Source: an uncultured virus (IMG/VR IMGVR_UViG_2843834578_000006)
Taxonomy: Duplodnaviria > Heunggongvirae > Uroviricota > Caudoviricetes
Strand: one strand, 5' to 3'
IMG/VR virus record: IMGVR_UViG_2843834578_000006
DNA: 64,000 nt
Positions 49,517-58,948 of the stretch are shown in pieces. How positions within the stretch are numbered: position 1 is the first letter of the stretch; every line of letters begins with the position of its first letter. Position numbers and translations under genes: made by a program. The notes beneath the pieces are model-generated. The model was not told where the DNA came from. It searched no databases and worked only from the letters and a program-made list of their open reading frames with translations.

Positions 49517-50919
49517 TCGTTAAATTTTTTAAGAAACACGGTAAGGGAAAAGCTAGTAGTTGCAAGGCTTGTGTGGACTATTTACTAAATAAGCCTGACG
49601 ACACCGCCCAAATCCTGCAGGGCGATCCCCGACTATCACAAAGTATTGCTGATAGTCTTGATTTTAATAACACTTACACCGCAGGTTGCTTGTCTTTTGA
49701 AGAAAGCGACCTACCCGAAATACAAAAGCGTGAGATTATGGCACGCTTTGAAAAGGCAATGTTTGCAGGGCTTGAGCCTGAACAATATAACATTGCGTGG
49801 GTACAACACACCGACAAAGGCAGGCTTGAGCTGAATTTCGTTATCCCAAACGTAGAGATGACAAGCGGAAAACGCCTACAACCCTACTACGACAGGGCAG
49901 ACCGCCCACTTGCTGAAAACTTCAAGCAGGTAATCAACCACGAATACAGCCTAAGCGACCCAAACAACCCTATAAAGCAAAAAAACCTGATTGACCGCAA
50001 AGACCTACCAACCGATAAAAAACAGGCTTTACAGGCGATTACGGACGGTTTAACAGCTTTAGCGAACGCAGGGCAGATAAACGACCGACAGGACGTTATA
50101 AATGCCCTAGAACGTGCAGGTTTTGAAATTGCACGCATTACGCCAAAAAACCTATCAATCAAGACTGACGGACAGAATTTAAGATTAAAAGGGGCTTTCT
50201 ATGAGCAAGATTTTAGATTTAGCACAGACCTTTCAGCAGACATCACAGAAAGAGCTAGAGAGTACAAGCGAGATAGTGCAGAACGCTATCAAACGGCACG
50301 AGCAAAACTTGATACAGCAGTTACAGCACGCAGGGAACAATTTAGCCGAAAATATCCAAATCGAGCAGGCGAAATTGATAAAAAATACCGTGAGAATGTA
50401 TCGCTTGCCGACCCTAATCGCCTTGACGATATTAGCCTTGATAGCCATAACCGCAGGCGTTTTGACGTGGCAGGCGAAGAACGCCTATCAAGAGATGACC
50501 GAATGGCAAAATTCAGCCGAGATAGCCAAAGAGCAGAGTGGGGGGATCAAGCTATCAACTTGCAAAACGGAGAAAGGGATAAAGCCTTGTGTAGCAGTGG
50601 ACAAGGATTTTATCAACTCAACGTGGGGCGAGAACCTGAAAGTAATCGAAATCCAAGAAACCAAGAAACAGGGGAAAAAATAAATGGCGACCGAACTAGA
50701 ACTACTTTACGAGAAAACCTTGAAAACCTTGCTAGAACAGCAAGAAACAGAGCGAGTGAAATTATCGAAAGAATTAGAGAGCTTGCGAGCCGAAAACGCC
50801 TTGATCATTCAACAGTACAACGAAATCAGCGAGCAATTAACGACATTACAGAGTTTAATAAACAGCTTGAAACGGTAATATCTCAACGCAAAAGACAAAG
50901 CAGGGGTATGAGCAGATAA
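49513..50919 (+). CDS. mobA: Relaxase MobA (MOB-HEN)
   Basis: VDYLL; WVQHTDKGRLELNF HEN motif; GKRLQPYY. Confidence 0.94.
   Translation: MIVKFFKKHGKGKASSCKACVDYLLNKPDDTAQILQGDPRLSQSIADSLDFNNTYTAGCLSFEESDLPEIQKREIMARFEKAMFAGLEPEQYNIAWVQHTDKGRLELNFVIPNVEMTSGKRLQPYYDRADRPLAENFKQVINHEYSLSDPNNPIKQKNLIDRKDLPTDKKQALQAITDGLTALANAGQINDRQDVINALERAGFEIARITPKNLSIKTDGQNLRLKGAFYEQDFRFSTDLSADITERAREYKRDSAERYQTARAKLDTAVTARREQFSRKYPNRAGEIDKKYRENVSLADPNRLDDISLDSHNRRRFDVAGEERLSRDDRMAKFSRDSQRAEWGDQAINLQNGERDKALCSSGQGFYQLNVGREPESNRNPRNQETGEKINGDRTRTTLRENLENLARTARNRASEIIERIRELASRKRLDHSTVQRNQRAINDITEFNKQLETVISQRKRQSRGMSR
50201..50683 (+). CDS. mobB: MobB nested in mobA
   Basis: MSKILDLAQTFQQ..TM segment, ColE1 MbeB-like. 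Confidence 0.85.
   Translation: MSKILDLAQTFQQTSQKELESTSEIVQNAIKRHEQNLIQQLQHAGNNLAENIQIEQAKLIKNTVRMYRLPTLIALTILALIAITAGVLTWQAKNAYQEMTEWQNSAEIAKEQSGGIKLSTCKTEKGIKPCVAVDKDFINSTWGENLKVIEIQETKKQGKK
50684..50878 (+). CDS. MobD/MbeD-like coiled-coil nested in mobA
   Basis: MATELELLYEK.. directly after mobB. Confidence 0.65.
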   Translation: MATELELLYEKTLKTLLEQQETERVKLSKELESLRAENALIIQQYNEISEQLTTLQSLINSLKR

Positions 50920-50992
50920 AACAAGGGGGAGAATTATGGCAACACTTATGGAAAAAGACAGTTTAATAAATGGTATTTCTCAAACACTCGGC

Positions 50993-51112
50993 TTATTGTA
51001 AGATGTCGGTAGGAAGTACTCATCATTTGGAAGTGGTTTTTGTGTGGAAACAAAATTATATTCTAGTTGATGAGTACTTCTTTTTTTGTTGCACTTGGAT
51101 TGTAAATTCAGC
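50993..51112 (-). mobile_element. ISApl1 (IS30 family) left-end remnant
   Basis: Minus strand starts GCTGAATTTACAATCCAAGTGCAAC; transposase start MMSTSYRHLTI at 51026 then breaks off. Confidence 0.85.
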
Positions 51113-51225
51113 GAAAAGTAGGCGATTTCGAAGTGCCAAATTTTCGGTTAAGCACAAAGTATAATACGAGCCAAAAGCCTTGAATTTACTACTGTTTCGC
51201 CTATTTTTTATATACATTGTTAGCG
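51113..51225 (-). repeat. Truncated attC-like site downstream of estT
   Basis: CGCTAAC box just after the stop; 12-bp imperfect inverted repeat at 51114-51125 and 51197-51208; far end replaced by the IS. Confidence 0.55.
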
Positions 51226-51243
51226 GGTCGTTGTTTTTGTTTA

Positions 51244-51980
51244 TCAGTCATTTATGTGTTTTTCTATTCCATCAATTATTGATTTCCAATCATCAACGTG
51301 TAATTCGTGTCCTGTACCTTCAAGGGTGATTAGATTTGAACCTTTTATTTTTTCTAGTAAAAAACCTGCATTCTTATAATGCCAAATTTTGTCGTCTGTT
51401 CCGTGGATAATTAAGGTGGGTTGTTTGATTTCGTTTAATCTGTTCCAATATTCTTCACCACCACCTTGCAATGCAGCGTGATTGAACATACTTATATAAT
51501 TGTTGGCTCTATTGAACTCAGCTCTTATCAGTTTTTCACTTCTTTGTTTGTCAAATTGTTTCTTGCCACTCATTAATTCTGCACCCTGAATTAAATAGTT
51601 TACCACACTGTCTTCATTTGTCCAATTGACTGTACCTGCTTTACTATGGAAATCTAAAATACTCGTGTCCATTTCAGGTATAGTTGGGTCTGAGTCTCCC
51701 CAAGGGCCTGATGACATAAGAGTTAAGGAGTTAACTCTGTCGGCAAACTTTATTGATGCTATTTGAGAAATTAGTCCGCCCAAAGAAATCCCCACAAAAT
51801 GTGCTTTGTCAATCTTGTAGCCATCCAATATTGAAATAGCGTCATTAGTTAAGTCAACAATATCGTATGGAGTAGAACCTGGTTCATAATTAGTGGATTT
51901 TCCTACATCTCTGTTGTCGTAACGAATAACAAAAAATCCTTTTTCAGATAATTGTTGGCAAAATTCAGTGTCCCAATACA
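51244..51980 (-). CDS. estT: Macrolide esterase EstT (alpha/beta hydrolase), 5' end missing at junction
   Basis: YWDTEFCQQLSEKGFFVIRYDNRDVGKS, GISLGG nucleophile, HGTDD, GHEL. Confidence 0.88.
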
Positions 51981-52034
51981 TAAAAAAAGACCGCTTGTAG
52001 TCATACAAACGGCTTAGTAGGAAGAGTAAATTGC

Positions 52035-52093
52035 TTTACATAATATAACCTTTTATTTATACTTCATTTATAAATAGTAAGTTATAAAAGGTT
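52035..52093 (+). promoter_or_regulatory. TA promoter and operator
   Basis: TTTACA-17-TATACT; inverted repeat AACCTTTTAT/ATAAAAGGTT. Confidence 0.65.
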
Positions 52094-52098
52094 CAAAA

Positions 52099-52488
52099 AT
52101 GGCAGACCCTATAGAATGGTCTATTATCACGACTGACTGCTTTGATGAATGGTTCGGTCAACAAGATGAAAGTACTCAAGAACGTGTCTTGGCTTGTTTA
52201 ATCTATCTGCGGAAATTCGGTTATAGTCTAGGCAGACCTTATGCTGATACAGTTTATCAGTCTAAATTCCCTAATATGAAAGAGTTACGCATTCAAAACA
52301 AAGGTAAGCCAATTCGAGCATTTTATGCTTTTGACCCTTTACGCCAAGCGATAGTACTTTGTGCTGGCGAGAAAGGTAAAGACAAAAGATTCTATGAAAA
52401 AATGATCGCTCTTGCTGATGCGGAATTTACCTCCTATTTAAATAATTTAGAGAAAGAAAATGAAAACGTTAGATCAAATGCTCAATGA
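52099..52488 (+). CDS. RelE/HigB (Gp49-like) toxin
   Basis: GRPYADT..SKFPNMKELR..RAFYAFDP.RQAI.L. Confidence 0.9.
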   Translation: MADPIEWSIITTDCFDEWFGQQDESTQERVLACLIYLRKFGYSLGRPYADTVYQSKFPNMKELRIQNKGKPIRAFYAFDPLRQAIVLCAGEKGKDKRFYEKMIALADAEFTSYLNNLEKENENVRSNAQ

Positions 52489-52759
52489 ACTCTCTCCTGA
52501 ACGCCGCCAAAAAGTGGAAGATATGGCTCAAGAAATGATTAGAGAGATACAACTTTCAAAACTAAGAGAAGAGCTAAATCTCTCTCAACAACAATTAGCT
52601 ACAGCTCTCGGTATTTCACAGCCTGCTATTGCTAAACTTGAACAGAAAGATAACGATCCAAGATTATCCACGCTCAAACGCTATATTGAAGCAATGGGCG
52701 GTAAGTTAAAACTTGCCGTTGAATTGCCTACAGGCGATGAGCGTGTAATTAGGATTTAA
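52460..52759 (+). CDS. XRE HTH antitoxin (HigA-like)
   Basis: LSQQQLA..GISQPAIAKLE..LSTLKRYIEAMGG. Confidence 0.9.
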   Translation: MKTLDQMLNELSPERRQKVEDMAQEMIREIQLSKLREELNLSQQQLATALGISQPAIAKLEQKDNDPRLSTLKRYIEAMGGKLKLAVELPTGDERVIRI

Positions 52760-52767
52760 TTACTTTG

Positions 52768-52926
52768 TTAACCTGAATGCCCTCCTGAGCCAATACAGTT
52801 TTTCCCCGGTAATTGCTCTTGAGGGGCTAGTTGATAACAAAAGGTTGGTTTTGTTGTATAGTCTTGCTTATATTGAGTTGTACAAGCTGAAACCATAATT
52901 GTTGTAAGTAGTATAATTTTTTTCAT
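52768..52926 (-). CDS. 52-aa lipoprotein (absent from ORF track), Cor/Llp-like position
   Basis: RBS GGAGG; MKKIILLTTIMVSA-C lipobox; two further Cys; directly after J. Confidence 0.75.
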   Translation of the reverse strand: MKKIILLTTIMVSACTTQYKQDYTTKPTFCYQLAPQEQLPGKNCIGSGGHSG

Positions 52927-52935
52927 ATTTGCCTC

Positions 52936-55900
52936 CTATAATTGATAAGATGAACCATTTGTAGATGATATAATTGCTCGAAAATTCACTTTAGCACTTC
53001 TCCCACGCCCTGCACACCACGCACGACACGTTACTACATATTGAGTATTAGCAATGAGTATTGCCCCAGAATCATTAAATGGGTTAGATACATTAGGTGA
53101 AATAGTATTGCTAATATCAATTACAGACGGTAATGTAATTGTTGTCGGTGTCCGATTACTACCACTACCATAAAAAGTTTCGCTTTTACTCTCTCCTGTT
53201 GGAGTGTGGACAACATACAATGTTCTCGTCGCTTTTGTAGCAGGTAGTACAAATTGACATACATACTCATAATATGTATCACTTAATGCAAAACTGTTTT
53301 TCGTTTCTGAATATGTTTTACTTTTCCCTGTTGCTTTTGATGTCCAAGTTTTAGCCTCATAGATATTACCTCCGATCAATTGGTTGATTTCAAGTTCTCC
53401 AGTAAATTTACCTGTTAATCCCTCAATTCTTGCTCCTTTAATTATTCCCCCTGTAATTGTTGTACCTGAAATTGTCCCACCACTAATTGTCGTCCCTGTA
53501 ATGTTTAATAGGCTGGCTATAACAGGTATTGTTGCTAACCGTTGATTAGCCCCATCAGCACGCATCAAGAATACATAGTTGAGCCCCGTTTTTTGTATGC
53601 CGGCTGTACCCTGTACATTCAGGCTAAGTGTGTACTCTTGACCCTGTCTGATATTACTTACTTGAGCGGCTGGTGCTTGTACAATACCGGCCACACCTGC
53701 GCCACCAAGCATTCCGAGTCGTATCAACATATTGCCGCGATAGACTGTGCGTGTGATTGATGACATTTTTGTATTGTAGTTGATGTGTTGGTTGTAAGTA
53801 CTGTCTATCAGTAAGTTCCTTGCACCGATAGAAAGTGAATCAACGGCAGATTTTGCATCAGCTTTCCAAATTGACTGTAAGGAGCTTTGAGCAATACTTG
53901 CCACCTCAGTTTTATTTGCTTTGGCGGTTTCCAAACGAGAGAGCGAACCTTCCGTTGTTTTGGTGCGCGCGGTTAGATCACGCAGTGTCGTCACCGTTGT
54001 CTGATTAAGTTCCGTCACTGCCCGTTCGGTGCGAGTGAGGTTACTTTCCGCTGCCCCCATTCGGGTTGTGAGCCCCGAAATCTGCGTAGCTTTGGCTTGA
54101 TCTGCTTTAGCTTGTGCCGCCTGATAAGCGGTGAGGTTGGACTGAACCGCTGATACTTTGTCGTCAATATCCTTGGCGGTTGGTGTCCAGCCTGTGGCAA
54201 CATTACCCATTTCGAGCTTAACGCTGTGAAATGCGAACCAGTCTGTCGCCTCAAATATGCCATTTGCGCCAATCAGTAACCGAACTTGATTGCTCGTCCA
54301 CGGCGCAGTAAATGTCACTTTAGGGCGTTGGGACAATGATGCAGTAAGCGGCAAAGTTGGCAATCTAAAATTGCCACCATCTTCGCGGATAAGGTACACA
54401 TAGTTTAACCCTGTGCGGGTAAAACCTGCCGTCCCCTGCGCATTTAGTGACAAGGTATAGGTTTCACCCTGACGAATACGCGTAGTGGCTTTTTGTGTGC
54501 CTTGAGTCACACCAAAATGCCCTGTGCCTGCTTGGGTCACAAACACTTGAGTCAAGCGACGATCACCATATTGCGAGCTTGCCACTCGTGAGCTACCGCC
54601 CCAACGGGCTGTCGTCAAATACTCACTATCAACCAGTAGATTTGCACCACCGATTTTCAAGGCATCCACCGCACTTTGCGCATCGGTGCGCCAAATGCTC
54701 TGTAAGTTCTGCTGGGCAATACTTGCCACCTCACTTTTATTCGCTTTGGTTGATTGGAAATTGGTAATAGTTGATTCCGCATTTGCAACACGGCTTGTTA
54801 TGTCTGTGAGTTTATCTGCATTCTCTGTGATTTTTTTTTTCTTCCGTGATTTTGGCGTTGAAATTAGTCTCTGCTTTGGTCAAGTTCACAGATAACTGAT
54901 TAAGTTGCTGTGCTTGTGCTGAATCGGTAGCCGCTTGAGTTTGTTTATAACTCGTTAAATCAGCCGAAACAGCACTAACCGCACTGTCCACATCTTCAGG
55001 TGCTGGCGTCCAGTCTGTGGCTACGTTGCCTTTTTCAAGTTTGACGCTGTGAAACGCAACAAACTGCTCTGTGCTGGTTTGCCGAAAACCGATTAAGACA
55101 TAACCTTGTTGCGTGGTAAAAGGAGCCTTGAACGTGAGTTTGTAATGATTAAACTCAGTTTCAGAGGCAACGTTAATCACTGGTAATCTAACGTTATTCC
55201 CATCTTGACGCATTAGATAGAGATAGTCTAGTGCCTTACTTCCTCGAGCAAATAATGAGAGTGTATAAGTTTCTCCTTGTTGGAAATAAGATGTGGAATG
55301 GCGATTAGATGAAACAATACCAACAGGACCGTTAGTACCTGTTGAGGTTACTTTGATAGTTCGGCGATTTGCATTTTCAGCAAATTCAATTTGTGGGCTA
55401 CCCCATTTATTGTACGCATTGAACTCGCTGTCTCTTAATAAATTCCGACCGCCGATATTAATATTATCAATCTTAGCATTTAAATTCTGACTGACTTCAC
55501 TAATGCTTTGGGCATTATTTGCTACCGTACGTTGAATAGTTACGATATTGCTTTCAGCTGCTCCCATTCTTGCTGTTAATGCTTCACGTGCTTGAGACTC
55601 CGCTTTATCGGCGTTTGCTCGTGCTGTTTTTTCTTCTTCCAAGCCTGAAAGAGCATTATCAGCTTTTGCTGTGACAGCAGAAATCAACTGTGCTTGTTGA
55701 GCATCAACATTTTGTAACTGTGTAACAGCAGCCCCACGAGCGGTTGCTTCAGCTTGAATTTTTTTCGTTAAATTCGCACTTTCGGCTTGAATGGCTTTAG
55801 TACGGTTATTTGCTTCGGCAGTAACGGCATCTTGTCGGTTAGTAATCTCTTGGTTAATGTTGCTTTGAGCTGTTTCCGCTAATCTTCTTGCCAAATTTGC

Positions 55901-58540
55901 GGTGTTATCTGCACCTGTTAATTGCGAAATAAGGGACGTATCAATTTTAGATTTTGATAATTTGCCGGTAACATCTTCCGCAGCCACTGTAGCTGAGTAT
56001 GCTGTACCGTTCCAAGTATAGAGCTTGCCGTCAGCCTGATTGTAAACTTGAGATGACGCCAGTTTAGTACCTTTGTCGGTCAAATTAGCGACTGTTTTCA
56101 CTAATTCTAAACCTCTTGCCGGTGCAGCAACATCAAAAACCTCATTAACAATATTGCGTGATAACTGAGTGTTTAATTCGGTTAATCGAGCATCCAAATC
56201 AACCGCTGTTTGTCCTCTTACCCCCTGTTGTTGATAAAACGGTCCGACATTAATGCCTCTGGTATGACGTAGCCAATAATAGCGTACAACCTTGTTACCT
56301 TTTAGTGTGTGAGCGTAGGTTCTAGCGGTCACTTTTGCGATTTTTTTTGCAAGGGCGAAATTATCGGTTTCGGCCGCGAAAATCTCGGTTTGCGTAACCT
56401 CATTTACCCAATCCCATTCGAGGGTAATTTGCCCTAATCCACCTGTTACTACTACACCGGTCGGAGCTGGAGGTCGATCAATAGTAAAGGTTTGTGTTTT
56501 TTCGGTGACGATTTGCCCTTTGGCGTTTTTGCCGTAAATAATGACGGTATAATCGCCGTTAGGTAAATCACTTAGTTCAATGTTCGGATCGCTTAAGCCT
56601 TTTTTGTATTGATATAAATTGCCATCTTTGGTAATTTTAATATCATAGGTTAGCTTGCCATCACCGGAGCTAATATCACCGGTAATGTAGAGCTTACCGT
56701 CATAACCGGTCGAGACTTCCACTGCGTTAATTTGTGGAGCTTTGTAGAGTGTTCTAGCCGTTTCCACAAAGTGAGCGGAGTTATCAACAATTGCCTCTTT
56801 CTGCGGTTCGTGTTGTAACGCTGTGATAGTGTTTGTGCCGTCCGCATTTTCGACAATCGAGATTGAGCGATATAATCCAGAGCTGATTTGTTTAGTCGAT
56901 AACGACCAAACACCGTAGGTTTCTAAGCCGGTTGGTGTACTATCCAGCGTAATTTCTTTGCCGTTTACCGATTGGATTTTGCTAGAGTGCGTTGCCTCAC
57001 CGTTGATATAGGTAAAATAACTGGCGTTATCAATGCTAATTTCACGATCTAACGTGACTTTTCGCCCATTAATCGCCAGTACACGTCCGCCAATTTCCGT
57101 ACCGGCATAATGGCTGTCTGCCACACGAATAATATCGCCCGGCAAGTGCATTAAGCCCTCACGTCCCACGGTAAAAGTAATGGTTTCCTTTTCCCGTTTT
57201 TCGGTTTCCAAAATCCATTTTCCGGTACGGTGTGCTTGCCCCCGAGAGGTACAACCGAAAGCAGTAATTTGACTTAAATTTAAGCCGTGCTTTTTGATTT
57301 CCTCGTCATCAGAGACATATTCAATCGCACTTTCATAGCCATTTGTTTTATCCGAATAAGTAACTTGCACTGCATTATGGCGTGATTTGCGAGCAGAGTA
57401 GGATCGTTCAAATCCACCAACTACATTAGCATTTGTGTAAGTCCAAACCGGATCACGCGGACGGTCGATAATGACCGATACTTCTGTTCCGGTCCAAATC
57501 GGAATCGCACGGAATACCGAGCAGAAATCATTCAACAAGTCATAGGCAGTTTTAACTTCCGTGAGCCATACGTTACAGGTGAAACGAGGCTCCATTCCAC
57601 CCATACCGTCCGGCACAAGTTGATCGCAATAGCGAGCAACATCATACAACGCCCATTTGTCAAAACTGATTTCAACCCCAAGCATTTTGCTTAAAATCGG
57701 AGCTAAATCGTAAATTTCCCAAGCAGGGTTGTTCGTCCACGCAACTTTAAATGTGCCGTCCCAAAAGCCGGTGTAAGTGCGTTTAACTGGATCATAATTG
57801 CTTGGCACTTTGACTTTTTTCGCTTTAATTAGGTAGTTTCGGGTCGGGATATTATTAAAATACTCCGAATCAAAACTGATACCGGCAACCGCTGAATTAG
57901 GGTAGGTAAACTCGGTATCGATAATTTCGGTGTAACTACTCCAAATTGTACCGTTTTGTAAGCGTTGCGAATTGCTATCCTCGGTTAGACGCTCAACTGA
58001 GATATTAAATGGCACAGGCGGCAGGTTATCAAACACCACAGATTCAAGGTATTGCGAGCTGTATTTGCCGTTAAAGCTATGCGAATATTGCCGTGTGCCA
58101 ATCGTGATTTTTAAATCAACATTGGTGGTATTGGTATCGCCTTGATTATTTTGGTGGAATAATGACCTTACTCCCAACGTTAAACGCAAGCGGTTAATTC
58201 GTTCATCAGTTACGGTGCGGACAATAGCCCCATTCTTTTTCTTAATCTCAACACCCACATTCACTTCATTCTGTGAGCTATCGTAACCGTCCAACACATC
58301 TTGATCTTGCGTACCGACATTTAGCTGACCGCTCACATTATTAAAATTATAGGTGCCGTCATCGTTTTGGATCTGCGTGCCGTCTAGGTAAATCGATTTA
58401 AAGCCATCAACCAAGCCTTCAATTTCGCCCTCGCACAGCAATTCCACAATATTCACAATCTGTTTTGAGCGACCGGTTTCCGGTGCTTCAATCGGGGTAT
58501 GGCTACTGCCGCCACCACCTTTTGCTCCGTAAATACGCAT
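52936..58540 (-). pseudogene. Host-specificity tail tip J with repeated beta-sandwich modules, split by a frameshift in an A10 run at 54831-54840
   Basis: GAKGGGG..EGEIEGL..WTNNPAW..GCTSRGQAHR.GKW lambda J motifs; A9 would fuse ORFs 54812..58540 and 52936..54729. Confidence 0.87.
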
Positions 58541-58549
58541 AATTATCCC

Positions 58550-58592
58550 TTATTTTCTAAAGCCGGTTTTCTTGTTGCTTGCCGGTAGGTTT
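58550..58592 (-). pseudogene. Probable last codons of tail protein I
   Basis: ..NLPASNKKTGFRK* ending just before the J RBS. Confidence 0.45.
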
Positions 58593-58617
58593 GATCTTCT
58601 ACAGTAAATGTTAGTTT

Positions 58618-58858
58618 TTCTGATGTCTGCCATCTGCTAGGCATTATATATGCCTAGATTAGTTTCCTACATTTGCGTTTTTAAGGCTACGCTTCCTTGC
58701 GGATATGGTTGAGAAAAAAGTCAAGTGTTACTAATGGTTTTATAAGATGTTGGTTTGTTCTGGTGTCTGCCACCGCTAGGTCTTTATACCCTAGATTAGT
58801 ATCAGGTCTTTCTGGTGCCTGCCACCGCTAGGCCTTTACATCCTAGATTAATATCAGA
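58618..58858. repeat. Three ~50-bp imperfect structured repeats
   Basis: TTCTGRTGYCTGCCAYC..GCTAGG-Nn-CCTAGATTART at 58618, 58758, 58810. Confidence 0.85.
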
Positions 58859-58916
58859 TTGACAATGAGCCAACAACTCATTGCGTTATTAAGGTAACGC
58901 TACTTTTTTAGAACAT

Positions 58917-58945
58917 AGACTACGATGATTGGTTCCACAAGTCAA
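58917..58945 (-). promoter_or_regulatory. Sigma70-like promoter pointing into the repeats
   Basis: TTGACT-17-TAGTCT on minus strand. Confidence 0.55.
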
Positions 58946-58948
58946 TTA

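Larger units (their letters stand above)
46814..51980. mobile_element. Small ColE1-superfamily mobilisable plasmid (pB1000-like backbone) with blaROB and estT
   Basis: mobC/A/B with HEN relaxase; Rep-less noncoding origin region; blaROB. Confidence 0.9.

Noticed and set aside
50970..51164. 64-aa ORF
   Set aside because: Antisense read through the IS remnant and attC-like site
46814..51980. Phage-borne resistance genes (plasmid integrated in prophage)
   Set aside because: No duplication or intact IS at the borders, estT is cut at the border, phage orientation flips across it, and the window has many other artificial joins
51981..52008. MYDYKRSFFM as the estT N-terminus
   Set aside because: Derived from the adjacent phage terminator/uptake sequence, not from the hydrolase
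52936..55460. Diversity-generating retroelement acting on J
   Set aside because: No reverse transcriptase and repeat differences are not adenine-specific
58618..58858. CRISPR array
   Set aside because: Only three imperfect units, two abutting with no spacer, and no cas genes
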